DNA of 64,000 bases from an uncultured bacterium (lineage in GTDB: Bacteria; Patescibacteriota; Minisyncoccia; UBA6257; GWB1-50-10), in NCBI GenBank assembly GCA_963722655.1, contig CAVRNT010000001.1:17447-81446 (forward strand), in the 5' to 3' direction. Below the pieces are notes generated by a model that worked only from the letters and a program-made list of their open reading frames with translations, had not been told where the DNA came from and did no database searches. This document shows, in pieces, positions 49,427 through 58,761 of the stretch. How positions within the stretch are numbered: the stretch's first letter is position 1; each line of letters begins with the position of its first letter. The position numbers and the translations under genes were made by a program.

Positions 49427-50531
49427 AACATTGCCATTATTTTCCGTAACTTGCGACGTCGCACACGGCAAGTTTTTGCCGTACATAACAAAAGACGAAA
49501 GTTACCAGGTGCAGATGCCCTGTAGCCCAAAGTCGGAGAATATCGTTTCTTGCAAAAATCCCGATCTCAGCACGTATTTGAAGGAGATTGATGGTTTGGA
49601 TTTTGTAACCGTTAGGGGCAAACCGATTACATTACCGATACCCAAACTTATCCCGATTATTGATAGGGGCCTGTTTAAAAATTCGGCTGAGATAATGGGT
49701 TATGACACTATTGGCATTTCCTTAGAAGACATCTTTTCTTCTTCGCCTCAAAGGAAAGATGGCAAGTTCTACATCCCCCAACTCAAAATAAGAGAGGACG
49801 CGTTACAGAACCCGATTTTCAAAAACAAGAAGGTGATACTTTTCTCGAGCGGAAGGGATGTATTGATCGAGAAAATTTGGCAGGATTTTTATGAACTGAG
49901 ATTTCCGGAGAAATTGTTCCAGATGGGTGTAGCTGTGGTTACCGGGATAAATTTTTCCGTTTTCTTGGACGATTGTCCTCTGTCAAAGGCATTAAACATG
50001 AAAAAGAGCCTGAAAACAGTAGAATACTTCCAGGACGCCGGGATCGAAACGATCCCGCATATATATTTCACGCACACGAACCATCTTCATCGTTGGAGTG
50101 CGTGGTTACAAGCGAATCCAGCCGTGAAAACCGTGGCGATTAACTGCCAATTCAGTCGCGATAGACGTGTCGCGCACATGGTAGCAGACGGCATAAAACT
50201 CTTGGCCGACAATGCGGGTCGCGAAATCCATTTCTTGCTTGAAGGACCGTCACTGTTTCTCTTAAACGAAATAAACCAGCTCGGATACATGACCAACATC
50301 ATGATTGCCATCAAAGAACCCTCTATGGACTCAATGTTTGGTAAATTATATTTTATAGAAAATGGTCGGCTCAAGAAGAAAACGACTTTCGGACTCAAAA
50401 TAGACCAACTGCTTACGCCAAATTTCAAGACATACGAAGAATACATAAGTCGTCTTTCTCCCAGATATTTTACTGTGGGCGCGAGTAATTCTCTAATATC
50501 CCAACAAAAAGGAAAATATTCTAACGGATAA
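49404..50531 (+). CDS. DUF4417-like protein
   Basis: GINFSVFLDDCP...LNM.KS.....YFQDAGIETIP resembles the DUF4417 core (PDFS...D.P...N..RS.......Q..G..VIP). Confidence 0.6.
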   Translation: MLNSPKNKTLPLFSVTCDVAHGKFLPYITKDESYQVQMPCSPKSENIVSCKNPDLSTYLKEIDGLDFVTVRGKPITLPIPKLIPIIDRGLFKNSAEIMGYDTIGISLEDIFSSSPQRKDGKFYIPQLKIREDALQNPIFKNKKVILFSSGRDVLIEKIWQDFYELRFPEKLFQMGVAVVTGINFSVFLDDCPLSKALNMKKSLKTVEYFQDAGIETIPHIYFTHTNHLHRWSAWLQANPAVKTVAINCQFSRDRRVAHMVADGIKLLADNAGREIHFLLEGPSLFLLNEINQLGYMTNIMIAIKEPSMDSMFGKLYFIENGRLKKKTTFGLKIDQLLTPNFKTYEEYISRLSPRYFTVGASNSLISQQKGKYSNG

Positions 50532-50566
50532 TTCATTCCATTCAAATATTTGATAAACTGAATTAT

Positions 50567-51379
50567 ATGAAAATGATAAAACTAAAAAAACTCCCTAAGC
50601 GCAACATATATGATAAGAATTATTACAAAGCCCAGGCAATGTTGCGGGATCCATGGTTTATAGAAAAAGCGGAATGGCTCAAGAAGCGTTTTACGGAGAT
50701 TGGTTGCTCCCTTCCCAAGAAGCCTTTTAAAAAATATAAAACATACCAAGCTTGGAATAAGAGATATTGGGATCGCTACACCGAGATGGAAAAAAGTCAT
50801 GAATTTTTAGAAGCAAAACGGCGAATCACAGGAAACAAGAGGATGATATCCATGGAAGAATTTAATGCGTTAGAGAATTTTCGAGAAGGATTTTTACCTC
50901 CCACATACGGCCGAGTGTTCACCGAGATATTGGAACATTTTGGCATTGGTTCAAAAGACGAGAGGTTCCGTAATTTCCTAGAATTCTATTTCTTTTTAGG
51001 GCAGAAGGAATATGTTAAGCCAAAGCTTTCAATAAAATTCACTAGGGATTCAAAAACCAATGAAACGGAAATGTTCCTGCGTATTTACGGATATACCAAA
51101 AAAGAAGATATTATGCGACAGTGGGATTGGATTTCATGGAATCAAAAGAGTCTTAAGGATTTCGTCGGTAAGAACAAGGCATGGAAAACATTCAATCGGG
51201 ACATCGCGATCTACAATCTCTACAAAAAAATGAAAGATCCTAAAACTAAGCGCCAGCCGAATGATAACGGCCTCGATACGAAACTTTGGCTGGCTTTAAA
51301 AGAGAAATGGCCGAAACTGACCATTAGTAGCGTTCGCACCATCGTAAATAGAACTCGGAAAAGACTTGGCGAAATCTAG
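50567..51379 (+). CDS. Hypothetical basic protein, possible C-terminal HTH
   Basis: 270-aa Lys/Arg-rich ORF ending LTISSVRTIVNRTRKRL; has its own TGnTAAACT -10. Confidence 0.7.
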   Translation: MKMIKLKKLPKRNIYDKNYYKAQAMLRDPWFIEKAEWLKKRFTEIGCSLPKKPFKKYKTYQAWNKRYWDRYTEMEKSHEFLEAKRRITGNKRMISMEEFNALENFREGFLPPTYGRVFTEILEHFGIGSKDERFRNFLEFYFFLGQKEYVKPKLSIKFTRDSKTNETEMFLRIYGYTKKEDIMRQWDWISWNQKSLKDFVGKNKAWKTFNRDIAIYNLYKKMKDPKTKRQPNDNGLDTKLWLALKEKWPKLTISSVRTIVNRTRKRLGEI

Positions 51380-51445
51380 TATTTACGGTTAAACAATCTG
51401 CTTAACAGCGACACAGGGTGTCGCCTTTCTGTTTAAGATGGGAGC

Positions 51446-52723
51446 ATGATTAAAAATAAATTAGTTTGGCGCACAGAAATGCGCCACGTGTCGGACTTGG
51501 TGCCGAATCCTCGGAATCCCAGGACCATGAGCCCGAGTCAGACGGAAGCGCTCAAGAAAAGTCTTAGTAAATTCGGGGTGGTGGAACTTCCGGTTATAGA
51601 TGCGGATAATCAGGTGATCGCCGGACACCAGCGATTAATGGCTCTCCGTCTTCTCGGCCGGGAAAACGAGGAAATCCCGGTCCGAGTGCCGAACAGAAAG
51701 CTCACGAAGCGCGAGTATGACCAATATATGCTCACGAGCAACCGTGTGCACGGCGAATTCGATTGGGACAAACTCGCCGAGAATTTCGATATCGATGCCA
51801 TCCTCGCGAGTGGATTCGAGGATGCGGATCTCTCGCTCATATTTGACGACGTTTCCGTAGAAGACGACGAATTCAGAATCGACGATGAATTAAAGAAGAT
51901 AAAGAAAACGGACGTTAAACCTGGAGATTTATACCAACTTGGCTCTCACCGGATCATTTGTTCCGATTGCACGGACCCTAAATCGGTCAAAAGACTCATG
52001 GATGGCAAGAAGGCCGGTGTTATCCTCCAAGACCCGCCTTTCAACATAAATCTGAGCTATAACGCCGGAATCGGCGGCAAAGGCAATTACGGCGGCACCA
52101 TGGACGATTCAAAATCGGACGAGGAATATGAATCGCTTCTCCGCAAGGCGCTGGCGAACGGCCTCTCCGCCTGTGCGAAAGACGTGCATGTATTCACGTA
52201 CCACGATCCCCGATATGCGTGGCTTCTCCAAAAATTATATAAGGAACTCGGCATTACGTACCGGCGAACTTGTCTATGGATCAAGAATAATTCCACACCG
52301 ACACCAAAAGTGGCTTTCAACCGACAGTACGAACCCGCACTTTATGGAACGATCGGGAAACCGTACCTTTCTGAACGCGCTTTCAATTTCTCGGAAATCC
52401 TCAATCACGATGTCGGAAGCGGTAATCGCACGATCGACGACATCTATGATCTCATCGATATATGGCTCGTGAAGCGGCTGAGTGGATCGGAATACGAACA
52501 TCCGACCGAGAAACCGCCGATGCTCCACGAACGGCCGCTACGTCGCTGTTCGAAGCCGGGAGATATCATCCTTGATCTCTTCTCAGGATCGGCGAGCCTT
52601 ATGGTCGCTTGCCATCAATTGAAGCGGATCGCGTATATGGTCGAACGCGAGCCGATTTTCGTGCAGCTTGCGCTAAATCGTTATGAAAAACTCACGGGAC
52701 AAAAAGCAAAAAGAATCGCCTAA
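51446..52723 (+). CDS. ParB-N domain + N6/N4 DNA methyltransferase fusion (phage-type)
   Basis: LVPNPRNPR...KFG...P.ID....IAGHQR (ParB-N); GDLYQLGSHRIIC, DPPF, HPTEKP and LDLFSGS. Confidence 0.92.
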   Translation: MIKNKLVWRTEMRHVSDLVPNPRNPRTMSPSQTEALKKSLSKFGVVELPVIDADNQVIAGHQRLMALRLLGRENEEIPVRVPNRKLTKREYDQYMLTSNRVHGEFDWDKLAENFDIDAILASGFEDADLSLIFDDVSVEDDEFRIDDELKKIKKTDVKPGDLYQLGSHRIICSDCTDPKSVKRLMDGKKAGVILQDPPFNINLSYNAGIGGKGNYGGTMDDSKSDEEYESLLRKALANGLSACAKDVHVFTYHDPRYAWLLQKLYKELGITYRRTCLWIKNNSTPTPKVAFNRQYEPALYGTIGKPYLSERAFNFSEILNHDVGSGNRTIDDIYDLIDIWLVKRLSGSEYEHPTEKPPMLHERPLRRCSKPGDIILDLFSGSASLMVACHQLKRIAYMVEREPIFVQLALNRYEKLTGQKAKRIA

Positions 52724-53456
52724 GCCCGGCGCAATCTGGCAGCTCGGGGTACATCGCCTCGCCTACGGGGATTGCCGCGACAAGAATCTTTTGGAAAGAC
52801 TCATTGGCAAAGAAAAAATCAACCTCGTCTGTTGCGACGTGCCGTACGGCGTGGATGTCGCCGCCTCGAAGCGGAACTTCCGCACCCTTTCCAAAGACAA
52901 GGACATCGCGAACGACCAAACCCAATCGAATGCGGAATACCGGTCATTCAGCCGCGAATGGCTTCAAGCAATCACGCCATCCCTGGCAAGTAAAAACTCC
53001 GCCTATATCTTCAACGCCGATAAGATGGTTTGGCCACTCCGAGACGGGATGATCGACGCCGGATTCAAGGTGGCCCAGCTCCTCGTGTGGGTGAAATCGC
53101 AGGCGGTTATCGGCCGACTCGATTACGCCCCGCAGCATGAGCTTATTCTCTACGGCTGGCACGGCACTCATAAATACCGCCGGTCAAAAGACAGAAGCGT
53201 TCTGTTCTATCCGAGGCCATCTAAGAGCAAACTGCATCCGACGACCAAGCCCATCGGCCTTATCCGTCGTCTCATTCTCAACTCATCGGAAATCGGGAAT
53301 GCAGTCTACGACGGATTTCTCGGAAGTGGAACCACTCTTCTCGCTTGCGAGCAGACGAAACGCAGATGCCTTGCGGTGGAAATTGATTATGAATATTGCC
53401 AAACGGCAATCCATCAGTGGGAACGACTGACGGGCAAAAAAGCAAAACGACTATGA
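52683..53456 (+). CDS. N6/N4 DNA methyltransferase (beta class)
   Basis: GAIWQLGVHRLAYGDC, DVPY, HPTTKP and DGFLGSGTT. Confidence 0.9.
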   Translation: MKNSRDKKQKESPKPGAIWQLGVHRLAYGDCRDKNLLERLIGKEKINLVCCDVPYGVDVAASKRNFRTLSKDKDIANDQTQSNAEYRSFSREWLQAITPSLASKNSAYIFNADKMVWPLRDGMIDAGFKVAQLLVWVKSQAVIGRLDYAPQHELILYGWHGTHKYRRSKDRSVLFYPRPSKSKLHPTTKPIGLIRRLILNSSEIGNAVYDGFLGSGTTLLACEQTKRRCLAVEIDYEYCQTAIHQWERLTGKKAKRL

Positions 53457-53941
53457 AAAAGAACGACCAGACGAAGAAACTTATTATCGAGCAGCTGCAC
53501 AAAACACCGATAGTGGAAGTGGCGTGTCAGAAAATCGGCATATCGAGGATGACCTTTTACCGCTGGAAGAAAGACGAGCCGGAATTCGCGAAGCTTGCGG
53601 ACGAGGCGATTTTCGAAGGCCAATCCCTCATGAACGATCTAGCGGAAAGCCAGCTCATCGGCGCGGTCAAGGAAAGGAATCTGCCCGCAATCATATATTG
53701 GCTCCGGCACCACCATCCCGATTATGCGAATAAGCTTGAAATCAAGCACGCGATTCAGGACGAAAATCTGACTCCGGAACAGGAAGCGCTCGTCCGGGAA
53801 GCTTTAAGACTAGCCACCTTGAGTGAAGAAAAGGTCGAAATCAACCCAGAAGAAAAAATCGATGAATTACAAGAACATAATCCCGCCGGAACTGACGGAG
53901 GCGATGATAAAGGACCGGAAGGTGCGGGTGGCGATCACTAA
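53453..53941 (+). CDS. Putative terminase small subunit (HTH)
   Basis: ACQKIGISRMTFYRWKKDEPEF...AESQL...AIIYWL; overlaps the TerL start. Confidence 0.75.
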   Translation: MKKNDQTKKLIIEQLHKTPIVEVACQKIGISRMTFYRWKKDEPEFAKLADEAIFEGQSLMNDLAESQLIGAVKERNLPAIIYWLRHHHPDYANKLEIKHAIQDENLTPEQEALVREALRLATLSEEKVEINPEEKIDELQEHNPAGTDGGDDKGPEGAGGDH

Positions 53942-55323
53942 AGAGAGCCACTGGTACTTCTTCCATTTTTACTTCGCCCACTACGTCAAATATCCGACGG
54001 CGAAATTCCAAGCCGAGATATTCGAATTGACCGAAAAGGACAACGGCAATTTCTTCGTCGTCGCTTTCCGCGGAAGCAGCAAATCCACAATCCTCACGAC
54101 CTCATATCCGATCTGGGCGATCTTGGGAAAACAGCAGAAAAAATTCGTGCTCATCCTCTGCCAAACGCAGAGCCAGGCGAAACAGCATATGATGAATCTC
54201 CGCCGGGAGCTTGAAAGCAACGCCATTCTCAAAAGGGATCTGGGTCCGTTCCGCGAAGAATCCGACGAATGGGGTTCGTCGTCTTTGGTGTTTTCGAATA
54301 TGAACGCCCGCATCACCGCCGCCTCGAGCGAACAGAGCATTCGTGGTTTGCGGCACAACCAGCACCGGCCGGATCTCATCATCGGAGACGACGTGGAGGA
54401 TTTGGCATCCACCAAGACCCGGGAAGGCAGGAACAAGACGTACCAGTGGCTCACGGGCGAGGTTATCCCGTCCGGCGACCGAAGCACCCGGATCGTAGTC
54501 GTGGGGAACCTTCTCCACGAAGATTCTCTCCTCATGCGGATCAAGGAAGATATCGGGAATCAGAAGATCGACGGGGTATTCAAGGAGTACCCGCTCATGC
54601 TGAACGGCGAGATTCTGTGGCCGGGGAAGTATCCGTCCATCGACGATATCCAAGATGAAAAAAGGAAGGCGGGAAACGAATTCGCCTGGGAGCGGGAGTA
54701 CATGCTCCGCATCGTGCCGGACGAAGAACAGGCGATCCTTCGCGAGTGGATCCAATATTACGATGAGCTCCCTTCTGGAGAGACCGATTGCCAGGGGTAT
54801 CCGAAGCACGTCGAGGTGCGTATCGGCGTCGATCTGGCGATCTCGAAGCGCGATACCGCCGATTACACCGCCATGGTTCCCGGGTGGCTCTACGGAGATG
54901 ACAGGGATACGAGAATCTACATCCTACCGGATATTATTAACCGCAGAATATCGTTCCCTGAAACGGTCGATCTCTGCAAAGCACTCAACAGGAAATACGA
55001 GGAGGAGCAATCAAATCCCACGTTTGTCATTGAGGATGTCGCATACCAAAGATCTCTCCCTCAACAGCTTGAGAGATGAGGGAATCCGGGACGTGAAAAC
55101 CACCCATCCGGGCAATCAGGACAAGCGGAGTCGTCTCATACTCACCGCGAACGTCATCAAGAACGGCAAGGTGAAGTTTCCGAAACAAGGTGCCGAAGGG
55201 CTCATAAACCAGATCGTTCACTTCGGCGTCGAGAAACACGACGATCTCGCCGACGCGTTCTCGAACCTCGTCCTGAGCGTCATAGAAGATCCGCCGTCCG
55301 TTCCGAGAATATGGCTGCTTTAG
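53862..55323 (+). pseudogene. Terminase large subunit, frameshifted near 55070-55079
   Basis: Walker A AFRGSSKST, IRG, LIIGDDVED, VVVGN and nuclease GVDLA...DYTA. The C-terminal DK.SR...HDDLADA continues in another frame to 55323. Confidence 0.85.
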
Positions 55324-56688
55324 TCATTTGGATTCGGCTTCGTCGGGAATCGTTTCGAGGTATATTTTCCTATCTTTCAGGATGAGTTTGCTTCGCAGAC
55401 TCAGAAGGATGTGGCGTTTCTCTTCTATGGTTCCTTCGGCCAAGAGATACTTCACGTACTTCTTGGTGTCGGCGTTGCGTTCTTCGACGTTCGCATATCC
55501 TCCCGGATTTCCCATCACGTCGCGATGGAAACGATAGATGCGTTCCACCTCGGCGTCGAATTGTCCCTGAACGCCGAGGTCTTCGAGCGTCAGCTGGTCC
55601 ACCAAATTGCGGATCTGCTCGATGAGATCCGCTTCGCGGACGTAAAGCAATTTGCACTGCGGATTTCTGACGCGCGTGCAGCCGTAGTAAACGTACTTGG
55701 CGATCGAGCCGTCTTTGAGCGTCTTGAACTTTTCCTCCCCGCAGATGCCCGATCCGCAAAGCCCGCATTTCATGAGGCGCGTGAACGCGAAGTTCTTACG
55801 GAAAATGGCGAAGAGATGTTTCCGGCGGGTCAGGGCTTTGGCAACGGCGTCAAAAAGCTCTTCGGAGACGATCGGCTGGTGTTGTCCTTTGTACCACTTG
55901 CCGCTATGGATCGGGTATTCAAATTCGCCGTAGTAGAACGTTCGGCGCAGGATCAATTGGACCGTGCTCAACGATATGTGCTTCCCGTTCGGGGAAAGAA
56001 AATGCAATTCATCCCTCAACCATTCCCGAATTCTGCGCTGACTCCATCCGTCCGCCGCTTTCTCGAACATCATGCGGATTACGTGCGCCCGGGCGGGATC
56101 GGTAAGGAGTACGCCGCGGCGGTCCTTCTTGTCGTCGCTCACATATCCCATCGGGGGAACGCCCGGCCAGCAGCCCCGTTCGCAGAGCGCCCGAAGCCCG
56201 CGCTTCACGTTGATGCTGCGGTTATCATTCTCGAGTTTGGCTTGGGAGCCGAGAATCATGAGAAGGAACTTCTCGTTCGGCGAATCGCTGAACTTTTGGT
56301 TGTACGTCCGAATGTCCAAGAGCAGCTTCTTATCCATGAGATCGACGAGTCGCCCGAGATCTCCGGCGTTCCTGCTCAGGCGATCGGGGTTCCACGTGAG
56401 AATCCCGTTGTATCTACCGTTCGTTATCTCCTCAAGCATTTTATTGAATACCGGACGCTCGCCGGAATCTTTGGCGGAATGGGCTTCGGTGCGTACGACT
56501 AAAATATGGAGATTGTCCCGTTCCGCCACTCGTTTCATTTCCACGATCTGCGAATCAATCGATAATGCTTGCCGCTCTTCCGTTTCCATGGATTTCCGGG
56601 CGTAAAGACAATATTCTATCGGCAGAGGTGTTTTTTGCTTTGTTGTGGTCGCGATTTCAGGCGACCCCTCTTTTATTACATCGTTCAT
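55324..56688 (-). CDS. Large serine recombinase (resolvase + recombinase + Zn-ribbon domains)
   Basis: YARKS, SAK...RP.F, DRLSRN, PMGY, HQPIVS and CGLCG...YYGC. Confidence 0.94.
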   Translation of the reverse strand: MNDVIKEGSPEIATTTKQKTPLPIEYCLYARKSMETEERQALSIDSQIVEMKRVAERDNLHILVVRTEAHSAKDSGERPVFNKMLEEITNGRYNGILTWNPDRLSRNAGDLGRLVDLMDKKLLLDIRTYNQKFSDSPNEKFLLMILGSQAKLENDNRSINVKRGLRALCERGCWPGVPPMGYVSDDKKDRRGVLLTDPARAHVIRMMFEKAADGWSQRRIREWLRDELHFLSPNGKHISLSTVQLILRRTFYYGEFEYPIHSGKWYKGQHQPIVSEELFDAVAKALTRRKHLFAIFRKNFAFTRLMKCGLCGSGICGEEKFKTLKDGSIAKYVYYGCTRVRNPQCKLLYVREADLIEQIRNLVDQLTLEDLGVQGQFDAEVERIYRFHRDVMGNPGGYANVEERNADTKKYVKYLLAEGTIEEKRHILLSLRSKLILKDRKIYLETIPDEAESK

Positions 56689-56819
56689 AAGTATTGGTTG
56701 ATTTTTTATTTCTTAAAGACATAAAAAAGCCATCAGATATTTTTATGGTGGACGAAAAAGGGCAGTAATAATCTTCTCTGATTTGGAGTGAAGATTTACG
56801 CCGACATTAAACAAGGATT

Positions 56820-57732
56820 TTACTTGTTGTATTCGTAGCTCTGCCTGATAAGGGCCGTCACGGCGTCAATATCTTCGTCGCGGCTAAGTCTCACTTCATA
56901 GTCGCCATTGCCCCAATGACCGATGGCTTTCGGTTTCGTAAGATCTCGCGCCAGTCCCAGGGGATCGATGAGATTTCCGCTCGGAACATTAAGAAAGATT
57001 TTGAGTGCATCCTTAGAAACTACGATATCCACGAAATTCGTCGTCAGCTTGTATGCGATATACTTTGCCTTAGGTTCTTCGGTAATTGATTCATCAAGAG
57101 AGGTGATTTTCTCTTTAATGGCCGAGAAAAGCTCTTGGATGTGCGGGCTGGCGGTCTTTAAGATGGTCTTCGATGGTGTGTTGGATTTTTTCCTTAAATT
57201 CGCCTTTCTGTTTTTCTATTTTCTCAAAAATCTCTGAGGTTGAGATTTTCACCTTGCGTTGCACTTCGGGGTCAACGAGAAGGATATTGTTTTCATACAT
57301 GCGATACCGCAGAAGCTCAATGTCCATCGGTAGAAGATCAGCGGTATCAAGATCGAATTTATTGTAGCTCTCCGCAACGCAGATCACGCGTGGCGAAGCC
57401 CAATCTATTTCAATCTTGATTTCTAATCGGTGTACTAATGCTTCAAAATCCGCTTTGTGATCCAGAAGCCAGCGGAGATATGAAAGTCCTTGGTTGATGA
57501 CGTTCTCATTCTGACCACGCTTGTATTCGATGATGACCGGAGAACCGTTGTGATCGATGCCTAGGGTATCCATGCGTCCACCGAAACTCGTTGGGTATTC
57601 GGAGGCAAGGAATATGATATCTAAAATCTCCTCAAGATTTTTCTCGAAGATTTTCTGAATATCCTTTTCAAGCCCGACTTTTACAGACGGAACCTTTCTT
57701 GCTGCATTATTGTTTATGGAATATATAGCCAT
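56820..57732 (-). pseudogene. NucS/EndoMS-like PD-(D/E)XK nuclease + DUF5655-like domain, frameshifted near 57160
   Basis: GRMDTLGID...VIIEYKR...Q...Y. After CATCTTAAAG the reading continues in another frame as TASPHIQELFSAIKEKI...YIAYK...GHWGNGD. Confidence 0.78.
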
Positions 57733-57738
57733 GATGAG

Positions 57739-57873
57739 TGGCTAGCGGAGGGGTATATAAACACTAAGCCCCGCGCTAGCTAGGTCTTGCGACCCTACAC
57801 CGGTTTCCCGATATAGCCCTTGGAAGAGTCGCTGAACGCGGGGTTCAGTATCTTCCAAGGGTCTTTTTAGCCA
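57739..57873 (-). ncRNA. Putative structured cis-regulatory RNA
   Basis: Closing stem tggcta/tagcca, an 11-bp stem, GAAA and GCAA tetraloop hairpins, and long-range pairing 57763-75/57837-49. Confidence 0.6.
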
Positions 57874-57986
57874 TGCCAAGCAAAATACCTGGTTTAGGCG
57901 ATCTATCCAATATTCAATTATTTAAAGAATATCACGCTTTTTGCAATTTGACAGCACACCCCTCAGAGAGCTAAGTTCAAGAACAA

Positions 57987-58748
57987 ATGGAATTTAATAT
58001 GAGAAAAACAAGAGAATTTTTTGGTAAGTTAGATTGGAAACTTATTTTATTTCCGATTGTATTCCTGTTATCGGCCTATGCATCGTATCTTCTACTTAGA
58101 TCATACTTCTCCCCAGCATTACGTCCCAGTATTATCTTTTTGATGGTGCTGGCATCTGTGACCATAGCCTTCGTTTTAACTGGCCTTATTTTTGCAATCT
58201 TCATATTGTGTCTGCTCACATTATTTGCGCCAATTAACAGCCACTTTTTTAATAAGTATTTAAAGACGGTTAAGCAGGACGCCTCGGCGGGAGTAGCTAT
58301 TATTCTCGGACGCCCTAATTGGTTTAAATTCAAAGGGTGGTATAAAATCAACTTTACTAAACGCGAGATGGAGTTAATTTTCGGATACTTAGGAAAAAGA
58401 TGGTTGGACTTTCGTGTTTATCCGCACGCAAGTTTCGAGGATATCGAGAAGATAATGGGCGATTCTAGTATCCGGGAAGTTTTCTTCTGCGGTCATGGAG
58501 ATTCTCACACCTTCAGACTAACCACCGATGAAACCATCTTTTATTGTGACTTTAAGGGTCCAAAATACAAGAAAGATTTCGTACATCAGGTACATTGTGG
58601 AACAAAAGATGGCAGCGATAGAAGATTAATCGATTATGTTGTGCCTGAAGAAAATCGCGGCCAATGTTTCTATTTTCCTAAATCAATTACCTCTCGCGAT
58701 ATCAGAAAAGAATTTGAGAGAAGAATAGAAAGATTGACTAGCCATTAA
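57987..58748 (+). CDS. 2-TM protein with putative caspase/CHAT-like His-Cys domain
   Basis: Two N-terminal hydrophobic helices; VFFCGHG ... VHQVHCG. Confidence 0.6.
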   Translation: MEFNMRKTREFFGKLDWKLILFPIVFLLSAYASYLLLRSYFSPALRPSIIFLMVLASVTIAFVLTGLIFAIFILCLLTLFAPINSHFFNKYLKTVKQDASAGVAIILGRPNWFKFKGWYKINFTKREMELIFGYLGKRWLDFRVYPHASFEDIEKIMGDSSIREVFFCGHGDSHTFRLTTDETIFYCDFKGPKYKKDFVHQVHCGTKDGSDRRLIDYVVPEENRGQCFYFPKSITSRDIRKEFERRIERLTSH

Positions 58749-58761
58749 ACATGGCTAACTT

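Noticed and set aside
55060-55085. Programmed ribosomal frameshift in terL
   Set aside because: There is no canonical slippery heptamer or clear stimulatory structure, and three similar indels nearby point to error or decay.
53453-55323. Complete prophage
   Set aside because: No portal, capsid, tail, lysis or replication genes are visible in the window.
56746-56754. TGGTGGACG upstream of the recombinase as a second tRNA/tmRNA-derived att site
   Set aside because: It is too short and matches the 47600 remnant only over TGGTG; could be chance.
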